DNA of 64,000 nt. Source: Hormiphora californensis. Its lineage: Eukaryota > Animalia > Ctenophora. This document shows positions 43,195-56,039 of this stretch, piece by piece (the first letter of the stretch is position 1; each line of letters begins with the position of its first letter). The notes under the pieces were generated by a model. That model had not been told where the DNA came from, ran no database searches, and was given only the letters and a program-made list of their open reading frames with translations. Where the stretch lies: positions 7,564,001 to 7,628,000 of the forward strand of contig CM035357.1 in the NCBI GenBank assembly GCA_020137815.1, read 5' to 3'. The position numbers and the translations under genes are program-made.

Positions 43195-44837
43195 ATGTCT
43201 ATATTGGTTGTAGGGGCTGGTTTCACAGGGAGTGTCCTGTGTAGAAGACTCCGATCCATCCCTGGCCTAACTGTAACTGTCTGGGAGAAGTCCCGAGGTG
43301 CAGGGGGACGACAATCAACAAAACGTGACGGTGATCATTCGTGTGATATAGGAGCACAATACCTAACATACCGACACTCAGACACAGCATTTAGACCTTA
43401 TTTGGATGAACTTAGAGTCACGAACGTTGTGCAGACCCTATCAAAGGTAACAGGAGATTGTAAAAACTTGAAAAAAAGTTCAGTGTTGGACAATATTGTG
43501 TTATTATCCAGACATTTCATACCCCGGCCCCTCCTATTCTAGGGTCAGATAGTGAATGCCCCTTATTCTAGGGTCAGATAGTGAATGCCCCTTATTCTAG
43601 GGTCAGATAGTGAATGCCCCTTATTCTAGGGTCAGATAGTGAATGCCCCTTATTCTAGGATCAGATAGTGAATGCCCCTCCACCCCTAGGATCAGATAGT
43701 GAATGCCCCTGCTCGATATGACGGGGAGGATATCACACACTATGTCGCCAGGAACGGTATGAACTCAACATCTAAATATTTCATGTCCGGTACCCATGTC
43801 CATTATAGCAACAAGGTGGCACGTCTACTGAAGAAAGATAACAACCAGGTAATGACTCCCCCATAGTTAATCAGTTACGGGTTGGTGACCCCTTGGTGAC
43901 AAAAGGTTTCTTACAGTGGTGCTCCGTCATATCGGCCACCCGCATCTAGACGGAGCACTACTGTTAACAAACTCAGATTTTGATGAACAATCTCAACTGA
44001 TTTGTTTAGATTGAGGTGACGAACACTGACGGACGAACAGCGACGTTTGACGCGGTAGTATTCACCATTCCAGCACCCCAACTCCTTGAAATCGACATGG
44101 AGATCCCAAATGAGGTGAGACTGAGAGAGTTTAGGTGAAATGGTACTTTTATTCCAGACTTGAGACCAGATTAGTTTGCTAATACCTTAACTACTAGATC
44201 TGACTTACTAAAATGACGCCCTTCCATTCCCATTAGGAGCGGGACAAGATATCCGGTATTACATTTACCCCCCGGTTTACTCTGATGCTTGTATACGAGG
44301 ACACCCCGCCATTTGATTGGACTGTAAAGTACCACGATAACAGCATAGTGAGGTGCATGGTGTGGGACAATGTCAAGAGAAACAAGGGTGAGTGGTTGTG
44401 TGTAGTTATTCTTTCAGTTCGTTAAAATTAGATAAGATCGAGAACAAAACAAGATCGACAATACATGGCAATTTCTTCTTCCCTCAGGAACAGAACCGAC
44501 ACTGCTAGTGCACTGCCAAGCGCTCTATGCTGTGAAGAACATCGACATCAAAACAAAAGAGGAAGCAGGAAAGGAGCTTCTAGCGGCTGTACATGAGATA
44601 TACCCTGAACTTCCAGAACCGATCAAAGTGATCCCTCATTTCTGGAGGTACGGACAGGTTTATAAACCCTACCCTGGTACACCCGGGTTTATTGAGCTGG
44701 GTAGTGATCCCCTTGTGTTAGCGGGGGGAGATAGCTTCTTCGCTATGTCCAATCTACAGGCTTGTGCACGGGGTGCGGAGTTGTTGGAGGGACGGATTAG
44801 GAAGAGATTTGGTGTGCCCGTGGAGAGTGACAAATGA
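43195..44837 (+). CDS. RNLS: Renalase-like FAD-dependent oxidoreductase
   Basis: Exons 43195-43446, 43690-43848, 44010-44114, 44237-44387, 44488-44837. Motifs VGAGFTG, WEKSRGAGGRQST, DIGAQY, FDAVVFTIPAPQ, DNVKR, WRYGQV, LAGGDSF..SN. Confidence 0.9.
43528..43710 (+). repeat. 29-31-bp tandem array (6 copies) spanning the renalase exon-2 acceptor
   Basis: Unit G(G/A)TCAGATAGTGAATGCCCCTTATTCTAG; TAG|G junctions with exon-side starts at 43543, 43572, 43601, 43630, 43659, 43690. Confidence 0.95.
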
Positions 44838-45537
44838 TAACGATCATATTCATGTTGAGTAGGGGTCAACAAGAACAATTATAATTGTGAGAACATTGTT
44901 GAGTGTTACACACTGTTGTCCATTATATGACCATCTCGCACGAGTGTGAGAATGCTACCTAGCCAGCCTCATTTTTTGGAGGCGTTAATTGGAATATTTC
45001 CCTTTTTTAATAGGAGGAAGATGAAATCAAGTTCATTTGTTAAGAGTTTTTGTTCAGATTAATTTAACCCATTTCCATGCCACGAAACACGGATTATTTG
45101 AAACATTTAGAAACCGCTTTGATGTAGGTCAATTCGAGAACAACTTCCTGTGAGTATGAAAGGCGCCCGCTATGTCAGGCAGGCGCCCGCTATGTCAGGT
45201 CCATGCTCTGACAGCGCCCGCTATGATTGTGGGGAAATGTAAACTTTTAATAAATTCTCAAAGCGGTTTCTAAAAATTGAATTGTTCAAGTCAGTTTTTG
45301 GGAAAAGGATGTAATAAATTAGTTTCCATTGCTGATAAGTTAAACACAAAGAATGGTGACTGGTGACTTCCCCCGGCCCCGTAAAAAGTCATTATAAATC
45401 CCGAACAACACTTTCTCGATTTAACAAAATCCACTCCCTCCCTGCCTGATTACTAACAATTCCACAATTTCCATTTCTATACTCTGTTCCCTACATGGCC
45501 AAAACTTCACTGCACTGTCTAAACTTCACTGCATTGT

Positions 45538-46023
45538 CTAAACTCCCAACTTGACCCTTCGCATTGTCCTTGCCTTCGTCTTAGTACCCAGGCTCATCTG
45601 AGTCTGGTCCCCTGGAAGAAAGATGGTCCCCACGGGCTTGTGGTACGGAATAGTAATCGTGCTCCCATCTGGGTATACAAGTAGGGTTGGGTAAGTTCTG
45701 GGACTCCCCCCGAACCTCATGGCCCTATCAACCTGTCTGGATCTCACATCCTCTGGTGTCCGATCTACAAATGGGATTTGCTGAGGGTACCAAGCAGTTT
45801 TCCGGGTTTTCAGCCTAGTTCTCCCTCCATAGAACTTCCAGTCCTCGGCCTTGGAGTGTTTGATGCGATCAAAGTCGGCCGGTTGGGGGTAGTCGATGGA
45901 GGCGGAAGAGTTGGGATGGTGAATGGGTTTGAAGGATTGTTTGTGTCGGGAGGGCTGGAGGAGGAGGGTGGTTGTTCCTCCACGTAGAAGAGATATAGCT
46001 CGTAGAGTGTTAGGTACTGACAT
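45538..46023 (-). CDS. MRPL55: Mitochondrial ribosomal protein L55 (bL31m)-like
   Basis: RTYPTLLVYPDGSTITIPYHKPVGTIFLP matches the MRPL55 core. Basic/hydroxylated N-terminus MSVPNTLRAISLLRG resembles a mitochondrial presequence. Acceptor CTCTAG 5 nt before the ATG at 46023. Confidence 0.75.
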   Translation of the reverse strand: MSVPNTLRAISLLRGGTTTLLLQPSRHKQSFKPIHHPNSSASIDYPQPADFDRIKHSKAEDWKFYGGRTRLKTRKTAWYPQQIPFVDRTPEDVRSRQVDRAMRFGGSPRTYPTLLVYPDGSTITIPYHKPVGTIFLPGDQTQMSLGTKTKARTMRRVKLGV

Positions 46024-47641
46024 GTTAGCTAGAGTTGGAGAATAGAACATTGGTTAGACAGGGGGGGGGGGGGTAGTTATAGGGGGTTAGAAGGGGGTGG
46101 GGGTTGGTAGTTATAGGGGTGTTATCGGGATTAGAAGTTAGAAGGGGGAGGGTGGGAGTTTGAAGTCATAGGGGTGTAGTGAAACTCATTTGCTTGTATC
46201 AGTTAGTGCAGTATAAAACATGTACAAAGACAACACACCACGAATAAAAATAATCGCTCTACTTTGCAAAAAATAGTTTTCAATGTTTCATCTCTTTCCC
46301 TTGTGTAGAACAGTGTCTGGTAGCACGTACATGTTCCCAATAGCAGCCTGCAAAGAGTTGTTGTTAGTACTCAACATAGTCTAGCTAGGCAACAACAAAC
46401 AAAGAGAAGGTATACATTGCTCTCTCTCTCTATGTAAAGGAGGGTTAGATCATCACAAGAGAAGGTATAGATAGTATCTATTAGATATTTGTGAGAACAT
46501 TTCTAACTGTCAACAAACCGCCCTGGGTTCTGGCACACTCCATCTATTTATGAATTTGGAGAGCAAATTGTTAATTGGTGGTATAATACCACCAATTAAC
46601 AAGTCATTAAATACCTGACGGTGTATCATTTGCAGTGTTTCTGAGAACTTTTTACTGTCAATATTATTGTTGGTTTTCCCAGAATTCCGGAATTCATACT
46701 GTATTCTTCTTATTGCATAGGACCTGGAGAGTTTGTGTGTTAGTCAAATGGGAAGGAGATTCAAATCTGAATATAGAAAACTGTATTCCGCTAATAATAA
46801 GCGAATAACTTCTTCAAGAAGATTATCTGAGTTCTCAAATAGACAAATCTACTAGTACAACTTTATCATGTTCTTAGAGTCGAAGTAAATATGATTGTTT
46901 TACTGATTCATTCTTTAAACAGGTCAATTCTTTCTAACTTTCTTGTGGCATGTGACGTGATTCTCACTCCCACTCTCGAAACGTGAGTCAAATGTGTCGG
47001 CAGGCAGGCGATCGAGCTAAGTCAGATCACGACAATAAGGGCGTGACGCGCAAGCACCTCTGCAAGATAGAGCCCGCGCGCTACAGAACATGGATATAAG
47101 ACACAATACTCGGAAAAAAAAGAGCTGAAAATATACATTGCAGGCTACATTTGGCAGTTTGTATACCGCTGTGTATTGACACACTTTTTATAGCTACCTC
47201 ATTGTGTGATCTTGGAACTGCTGTGCGGCACGAATTAGGGCTCGAAAGGCCGCCCGGGTCGTGGCTTGGGACATCCTATAGGGCGAAATGATGAGAGATT
47301 ATACAGGAAATAGAAATTAACGATATGTATAGTAGACAAACGTAGACACACGCTTTGATTTAAAAATGGACGCATCTTTAAAGTGCTTCTCTGACAAAAC
47401 AGCGTGTACACGGAATACACTAATACTCTCCCTCTCGCTCATTAGTATAGTGATCTGAACACAAAAATAAGCCCACATTGTACTTCTCAGGATAGATTTT
47501 CAACTGCAAAATTCGATATTCCATGCTGGAACACAGAATGCATTCAAATCCTCTTTGCCCGTATTCTATAGACTCTCCAGCAACGGAAATAAAACGTCTG
47601 AACGACACTCAAAAAATAAACTAAATTAACAGGATAGGGTG

Positions 47642-50600
47642 ACCTACAACTATGGCTCATGCAACTATGGCTCATAGAATCTATGAGCCATAGATGCATG
47701 CAACTATGGCTCATAGATTCTATGAGCCATAGATGCATACAACTATGGCTAAAAGAAATGTGATCTGATTAGGTTCTATTAGCCATAGCTAATGAGTGTG
47801 AGAGGGACATGAGTGACACGTGAGTGACACGCGAGTGACACGTGAGTGACACGTGAGTGACAAGTGAGTGACACGTGAGTGACACGTGAGAGATCGAATC
47901 ATATAATGTTGAATGAGCACAAATGTAAACGATTTACATAATAATAAATCTAATATTACATAATTAAAATTACACTATCAGTTCATCTTGGATATAATGG
48001 TAAAAGGGGTCTTTCTTTGGACAGTTCATAGAGCTTCTCACGTGAATCAGCAGCTCCTTAACACGATGTTTATTCAAATCTATGATCGGGTAGGTACTAA
48101 ACAGCCGCCTTGCATTATCACTATCAGGATCCACAGTAAAAAACTCTCCAACAGGTCTGATTTTCGAGAAAGTAGTATAGGTAGGATGTTCCCAGAAATT
48201 GCCTGGCTAAAGTTTCTGATCTTTCACACTCTTCCAAAACCTCCCGGTATAATCCATGGAATCTGGGTCAAATTTTTGACGAACCCTGCATAGTGGAAGG
48301 GCAAAGGTTTCTTTTCACCAAAGTGTAGTCTAAGGGGTCCTTAATCACCAAAAAAAAGTTTACATCCCAGAAGTGGGGGATAAGGGTCGTAATTGGCTAT
48401 AATTGGGTACCTGTATTTTCAGCCTGAGGCCAAAACCATGAGTACCCTTAAAATAGGAGTAGAGACAAATCTGAGGGCACTAAAGTGATCAGCGTCCTCG
48501 CATTAGTGGGGGTAGGTGCCGGAATTAAGTCTCTATCTCATCTGGTTAATTAGATAATTGGATAATTAGGTTCGCGCATAACCGTTTTTAGGCTATATGG
48601 CTATAGCCACTTAGGAATGGTTTAGAGACTTTTCACTGGTGCCATTTTGTAGGCAATGGCCAAGTTATGGGGGGTCGACGTCGGACTTTTAAGCTCTATC
48701 TCCAACCGTTTAGCCGTTATTTGGCTTTTAAGGTGCTGAAAATGACCAAAAATCGGACTTTTTACCATTTTTTGCGGTAAAAAGCCCGAAATGGCACCAG
48801 TGAAAAGTCTCTAAACCATTCCTAAGTGGCTATAGCCATATAGCCTAAAAACGGTTATGCGCGAACCTAATTATCCAATTATCTAATTAACCAGATGAGA
48901 TAGAGACTTAATTCCGGCACCTACACCCACTAATGCGAGGACGCTGATCACTTTAGTGCCCTCAGATTTGTCTCTACTCCTATTTTAAGGGTACTCATGG
49001 TTTTGGCCTCAGGCTGAAAATACAGGTACCCAATTATAGCCAATTACGACCCTTATCCCCCACTTCTGGGATGTAAACTTTTTTTTGGTGATTAAGGACC
49101 CCTTAGACTACACTTTGGTGAAAAGAAACCTTTGCCCTTCCACTATGCAGGGTTCGATACCCATATTCCATGGATTAGTACTCGTTGAACGTTGTAGTGT
49201 TGTTAGTGACGTCTATAACAATTATAGCCAGTGAATCCACTAACAAATTCTAATGAGCGGGATGAATATGTGACAGTGTCACATATCCATCCCCCTCACT
49301 GACACGATTCTGGGATGCTTCATTAGCAGAGTGAAACGATACGAGATACGAAACTTATGATTCGGGGGAGCTCATTAGCAGTGTGAGACGATACGGTATG
49401 TGGAACATGATTCGGAGAAGCTTATTAAGGAGTGTTAGACGATATGAGACACGATTCGGAGACTGTTTTATCGCTCTTTCTAGTTTCTATCTATCTCTAT
49501 TTCTTTTTGTCAATTATCTTGAGAACCAGATGAGATACCTAGTTTCTATCCATACTAATGCGAGGAAGCTACACACTTTGGTGCCCTTATTTTTGTCCAG
49601 CCCCGTTATTTTTAGGGGGATATGTTGTTGTTTTAGATGGAATGGTTTGAATTTGGTCTGTTTGGCAAGACTCGAAAATAAATAAAACCCAACGCATTCC
49701 ATCTAAAATAACATATCCTCCTAAAAACAATGCGGCCGAGCCGATAGGCTCTCATTACCAAAAATAAGGGCACTAAACTCACCAAGTGCGTAGCGTCAGC
49801 TCGCATTATAGTAAGGGTAGGCAACTCTCAAGTCCAAGATAATTGACAAAAAGAGATAGAGATAGATAGAAAGAGCGATAAAACAGTCTCCGAATCGTAT
49901 CTCATATCGTCTAACACTCCTTAATAAGCTTCTCCGAATCATGTTCCACATACCGTATCGTCTCACACTGCTAATGAGCTCCCCCGAATCATAAGTTTCG
50001 TATCTCGTATCGTTTCACTCTGCTAATGAAGCATCCCAGAATCGTGTCAGTGAGGGGGATGAATATGTGACACGGTCACATATTCATCCCGCTCATTAGA
50101 ATTTGTTAGTGGATTCACTGGCTATAATTGTTATAGACGTCACTAACAACACTACAACGTTCAACGAGTACCGGGAGGTTTTGGGAGAGTGTGAAAGATC
50201 AGAAACTTTAGCCAGGCAATTTCTGGGAACATCCTACCTATACTACTTTCTCGAAAATCAAACCTGTTGGAGAGTTTTTTTACTGTGGATCCTGATAGTG
50301 ATAATGCAAGGCGGCTGTTTAGTACCTACCAGATCACAGATCTGAATAAACAGCTGCTGATTCACGTGAAAAGCTCTATGAACTGTCCAAAGAAGGACCC
50401 CTTTTACCATTATATCCAAGATGAACTGATAGTGTAATTTTAATTATGTAATATTAGATTTATTATTATGTAAATCGTTTACATTTGTGCTCATTCAATA
50501 TGATATGATTCGATCTCTCACGTGCCACTCACGTGTCACTCACGTGTCACTCACGTCCCTCTCACTCTCACTAGCTTTGGCTCATAGAACCTAATCAGAT

Positions 50601-50721
50601 CACATTTCTATGAGCCATAGTTGTATGCATCTATGGCTCATAGAGTCTATGAGCCATAGTTGCATGCATCTATGGCTCATAGATTCTATGAGCCATAGTT
50701 GCATGAGCCATAGTTGTAGGT
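47642..50721. mobile_element. Composite foldback: outer inverted arms enclosing two abutting palindromic elements
   Basis: Outer arms 47642-48249/50169-50721; inner IR1 48250-48647/48789-49177; inner IR2 49178-49644/49695-50171. No convincing ORF. Confidence 0.85.
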
Positions 50722-51634
50722 AATCAAAAACTACACAAACATTTGTAACAGAACCCTCTCAACCTTATCCAGAGCATCCTACCCTTGAAACAGGGCAGGG
50801 TACTTTGTATAGAGCTGTCCGAGCACAGAACACAAGGTGAAAATACCATATTGAAATGGCTGACCAAGATTGTACATGGTTATGTTAAAAATGGTGGTGT
50901 ATTTTCCCTATAATCTTCACTCTTCAAAGAGGGTTGAAGGTACCCCTCAACCCCCCTTTGAATTTTCACTCTGCCAAAAAATTACATGGAAACTTCTTTC
51001 GAATGTATATGATTTAGAAACGGATAAAGTATCTTGAGAAATCAACGCGGGTAAGGTAGATAGAAACGGCTAATATATATACATCAATCAAACAAATTTT
51101 AAGCTCCAGCCTTAGCTGACTCTTAGCCTCTGGTCGAACCCAGGATCAAGATTATGACGCTGAAAAATGGCGCAACGTTTTAGGTAAATAATATTTTCCA
51201 CTCAAATCAGATTTCCTCTGAGCAAGGAAACCTGAAGTATCTTTCAGGAAGGAGACAAATTTCACACAAAAACAAACGTAAAGCCAGAGGGAGCGGGGGG
51301 GGGGGGGGTTTCGAGAGGGTCACTATTGGGAGTTACATCACATGTTGTGATATAAGGACACTTTTTGACCCTCGGACCCCCTGGCTTTCCGCTTTATAAC
51401 CGCACACTTAAACGTTCAAACTCAGCTTAATAACACGACACAAAGTTATAACAACAGCAGTCCAGACCCTGTAGGATAGTTTGGGAGAGCACTTTCCAGT
51501 GAATGAAATGGGGGGATCTCTCCAAACTCGTTCCTGAAATTCGCAGCTCTTTTTTGAGTATTGCAAAGGAGGGTCTGGTGCAGATAGATAAACGTGTTGT
51601 TGCTGCAGTAAATGATAGGGGCCTCGAGGTTTTA

Positions 51635-51682
51635 CAGTCGGACCCTGGTTTACCGGGCGGGGAAAATCAGGGCCCCCGACTG
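51635..51682. mobile_element. 48-bp minimal copy of the pogo-like MITE seen at 28-177
   Basis: TA|CAGTCGGACCCTGGTTTACC...GGCCCCCGACTG|TA. Confidence 0.65.
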
Positions 51683-52069
51683 TAAAATCAAGGCACCTAA
51701 AACTATACTGTTTTCTTCGTTATTTGTGTACGATACCAAACCGTTCTAATTCGTCTCCTGCGTTACGGAGGAAACTTATGTAGCTTTCTATTAGCCAGGG
51801 ATACTTAGCTTTCGAATAGCTATGCAAACTTAGCATTATAGAGTCTACATTTTCAACACTACAATTTCATGTAGCAAACAGCTATCTTCCAGATCTTTCC
51901 TGGAACTGAACTAGTAGGGGACACTAGCTTGTGGAGGTACCATTTTGCTCCATGCGTACTTGTAATTGCATACGGTACTGTCCCCTACCAGACAACTTCT
52001 CTTGTAACATCCAATTCTCGCACTACCAGCTCGGTATATTTGTAGGTACAATATATATTTCACAACACA

Positions 52070-53152
52070 GTCACTGCGCTGGCAAGCGCAAAGGTTGCCA
52101 TTCCCCCTCCCCCCAAAAGCGCCGCCAGAAACGCAGTTATACGTTTTATGGGTGTTTTGCCTGAAAAATCGGATTTCGAAAGGTTATAGCGTCGCTCCCA
52201 TTCATCCGATTGACTTGAAATTTGGAATGTATACCCGGCTTGGGGTATTTTACTTAAGTTTAAAATTTCAAGTCTCTATCTCATATGGGACGGAAGTTAC
52301 AGACTGGTCCCATTTGCTGAAGATTCAGTGTAACAGACCGTGCGCGCGCATAGGATAGACGCTTTTTATAAACCATATTCACGCCAAACGAAAAGAGATA
52401 GCAATTTCTCGTTTTCACAGCTGGTAGATCTACTGGATGTGTGTGTATTAGTTGAGGTGGGGTCCCTTTTCATCGCCAGGAACGTCCTACAGAACGTCTT
52501 AAAGTCGTAATTTTTCAGACTCTGACCAAAATTCTTTGAGCTCAATTTACACCCTGAAGACGGATTCTAATCGAAAAACGAAGACTATATCAAGGAAAGA
52601 GAATTGTCTGAACTTTCAGAAGCGATAGTGCGAATTATCAAAACTAGACGTATAAGGGTCTTAAAACGCGTCTAAAGTTTTATGACTGTTTAAATACAGA
52701 TATGACGATATGGGTTTTTTCGCCATAGCGGACTCAAATCTCACCCAATCGATCTCAAACTTGGTCAATATCTTCATCTAGGTAATCCCGATGATATTAC
52801 GTAATTATAATGACGTCATAACGTCGTGACGTCGCGTTATGACGTCAAAATGACGTCAAAAATGAAAATTTTTCAACTTTCCGATTCCATCCTCTCCGTA
52901 CTTTTTCTACTACATCTAAATGGATAAAAAAATCCCAAAAATGATGCAAATTATACCAAAACTAATTGAAATTAGTAGGCCAGAAAGGTTGCCCTATGAT
53001 TTGAGCTACCTTTGGCACCAGTAAATTCCCTTTTGAAGCTAAACGAAGCATCTGTACCCTGTCTGTACCCCATGAAAGTTACGGTGGCAAAGGTAGCTCA
53101 AATCATAGGGCAACCTTTCCGGCCTACTAATTTCAATTAGTTTTGGTATAAT
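52070..53152. mobile_element. Probable non-autonomous DNA-element remnant ending in a ~200-bp hairpin
   Basis: CCGATTGACTTGAAATTTGG / AATTTCAAGTCTCTATCTC motifs, TGACGTCA clusters, inverted arms ~52950-53025/53078-53152. Boundaries uncertain. Confidence 0.45.
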
Positions 53153-53239
53153 CTGTAACACACACATTTCATGATATTCCAATCTTCTGACTCGGTGCAG
53201 TAGTAGCACACAATACACATTTCATGACGTATATTCTGA

Positions 53240-55103
53240 TTATTCGATTGGTTCCACTTTTGGTTCCACTTTTGGTTTAATAAGGTCGAGATCTAGTAGA
53301 CCGTGGGGCAGGAAGGAGGTGGAAGGCCCCACTGGGGAGGTGGATGTGCTGGGAGAGGACATGTGAAACTCCCCGGGAACAATGGGAGGTGTAGTTGTGT
53401 CCCTAGAATCAGGTCTCACAAAGGATGGAAACAGCGCTATCCAGAAGTCACTGGTACACAAAAAGCGAATATTGTCATCTATCTGCTGCTTAGTGAAACT
53501 AGAGAAGGCAAAGGGCCAGTTGTAAGTAACTAACTTGGTGTTACCTGCCTCGTCAGTGTGTACAAACACCTTGGATATCACAAACAGGATGGATTTATCA
53601 GCACACATTAGCCTGGAAACGTGGTGACTGTAACCGTTCTTTTTTACAAAACACGTTGATTTCTCTATCTCTGCCAGATTTAGTAAGTCCTCTGTTAGAA
53701 CGTGTTCAGTGGCGCTCTGAGTGAATGATGGGTACCCAAGGAGGTTGTCAAGGAGGATGTTCCGCGGTCCGAGAAATGTGAAATCAGAATCGAGGATGGT
53801 TTCGTTAACTTTGAATGGATCGATTGGGTTGCTGTACATGTGACTACATATCTCTGCGTAACCAAGGTAGAGCTGCCGATCTGATGAGGGGCGGGTTGTT
53901 AGTTGGGGAGGGAGAGAGGTAGTTTAGTAGGGGATCGGGGAAGGGAGAGAGGTGTCTTGATAGCTATGGGGAATAATATAAGGAAAGATGTTTTATTTAT
54001 AGTAGGGAGAGATATGTTTTAATAGGGAGAGGGGGTAGTTTAGATGAGAATGAAGGAAGGGAGACTCGGGAGAGGGGTGTCTTAGAAGGCACACGAAGTA
54101 TAGATCTGTGATAGAAGGATATCAAGCTTGACCACGTAGTATTAGTGGGAGGTATTTTGTGAAGCTGGGGGAAGAAATTCTTCGGTTATTCTTCTGAAGA
54201 ATAACCGATTATCCAATCAATCAATCAATCAATCAAAGCTACCACGGTGGGTAGTGGCACTGAGCCGCAATAAAATATATAATATTAACGAAAACTGAAC
54301 CACACGGACCAAACTAAGTGGAGATTCGGGACGGTGTAACACAGCCAGATGCTCGAAGACAAGGAGTCTTATGTGTGCATACAACCATGGTACACCATCC
54401 CGTTACCCACCATGTCCTTACAAACAAATGCAGCGGAAAGAAAATAGGCAATACATGATATAGAAAAAGAGATTTCTCCGATCAGGTAAAACGTATTTTA
54501 GAGATAGACTTGCAACTAGCAAGACATTAATAAAAAGTGAAAGAACATCTTTTTTAGTTCAACAGAATCCTACCTCCCTCTAGTTGGTGTATTTTCCCAT
54601 AAAAGCTAAACGGTTCCAGACTCTTGCACCCAGTTTTGTAGTTGTGCATGAAACACAGCACGTACTGGTTCCGTTCTAAGAAGATCTTCTGCAGAACCTT
54701 CTCTCCCATGGCAATGATTTTACCTGGGCAATGAAGTAATGTTACTAGTTATACAGTGGAAAGAGAGAGGGAGAGAGGGAGAGAATTATAGAGGGTAAAT
54801 TCATCAGCAAAATCAACTCTCAGTGCCATATTTTTTATTAAATAGAGAAACTGTCAGATAGCTTGTCAACATAGCACGTCAGTAAATAGTAATCACTGTC
54901 ATACTAATAGTAATATAGTAACTAAAGCTCCCCAACACTAAATGACTCACTGATATGTTCCCCGATAACATCCTCTTTATGACCGAGTGCCGTCAGGAAG
55001 TTAGGAGAGGTATACACTATCGTCCCTGGTTGTTTATCCCCAGTCCAACGCTGTTTCGTGCCATCAAGATCTTGTTTAGATCGTCCGATGAGAGAGACAT
55101 TTC
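53240..55103 (-). CDS. Divergent tandem-PAS protein (bHLH-PAS-like), 3' part
   Basis: In-phase exons 55103-54951, 54723-54574, 53880-53240. PAS-A-like GTIVYTSPNFLTALGHKEDVIGEHIS; PAS-B-like TILDSDFTF...LLGYP...SATEHVLTEDL...NGYSHHVSRLMCADKSILFV. Upstream exons not found. Confidence 0.6.
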
Positions 55104-56039
55104 CTGAAAAGAGAGAGAGAGAGAGATTTAAGATAGGAAAGAGAACGCATAAAAGAGGCGGAGAACCAAAAAAAAGAGAGATCGGATCCCTTTCCCCCTT
55201 TTCCTTTTCTCTTTCCCTTCCTCGCTTCTCTCTCCCCCCTTTTCCCCCTCTCTCCCGTCTCTCCCCTCCTCCTCTCCCCCTCCTCCCTCTCCTCTCTCTC
55301 TCTCCTCTCTCCTTCTTCGCTCCCCCCTCCTTTCCTCCTCCCTCTCTCTCTCTCTTTCTCTCTCTCTCTTCTTCTCTCCTCTCCCTCTCTCTCTCTCTCT
55401 CCCTCCCCCCCTCTTTTCCTTCTCTCTCCCTCTCTCTCTCGCCCCCCCCCCCCTTTTTCTTTCCTTTTTTTTTTTTTTTTCCTTTCTCGTTTCCAATTTT
55501 CCGTTTTTCTTGGCATAATTTTCAAAACCCCATTTAAATTTTTTAACCCAAAAACTCTCCAAATATCAACTACGGTGGCCCCAAAACAGGCGCTGCAAAA
55601 CATACTCTGAACATATTCAAAAAGACCATCTGCTTTTATTTGTCCCGTATTGTGTGTTTGTATCTCGCAGTGTGTCGTTTAATATTTTTGTCTTTCCCGC
55701 ATTTTTGTTTTAAATGTTTGTCCCCTGGCCCCTTCACCCTTTTTCATACTGCTCATTATTTTTTGGGACCCCCCCCGATCTATTCCTTTTGTCTTTTCTT
55801 ATCCTATATAAGTATCACACTTGTACACATTCTCTCAATTAAACTATATTTACGTTAACGTACCACATATACATATATTTTCTTCCCTCGCTATACATTT
55901 TCCTAGCAAACCCCATTTTGTTCCAGACCCCCCCCTCGTCTCATGTCTCACCCATCGCACTGCAATAAAGACGAAGTAGGGCCGGCCCAGTGGAGAGGAA
56001 TGAGGAGAGGAAAACAGTTTTCGCCGCTGCACTGACATA

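Noticed and set aside
45064-45300. piggyBac-like left end TTAA|CCC with internal GCGCCCGCTATG repeats
   Set aside because: No matching right end or TSD found.
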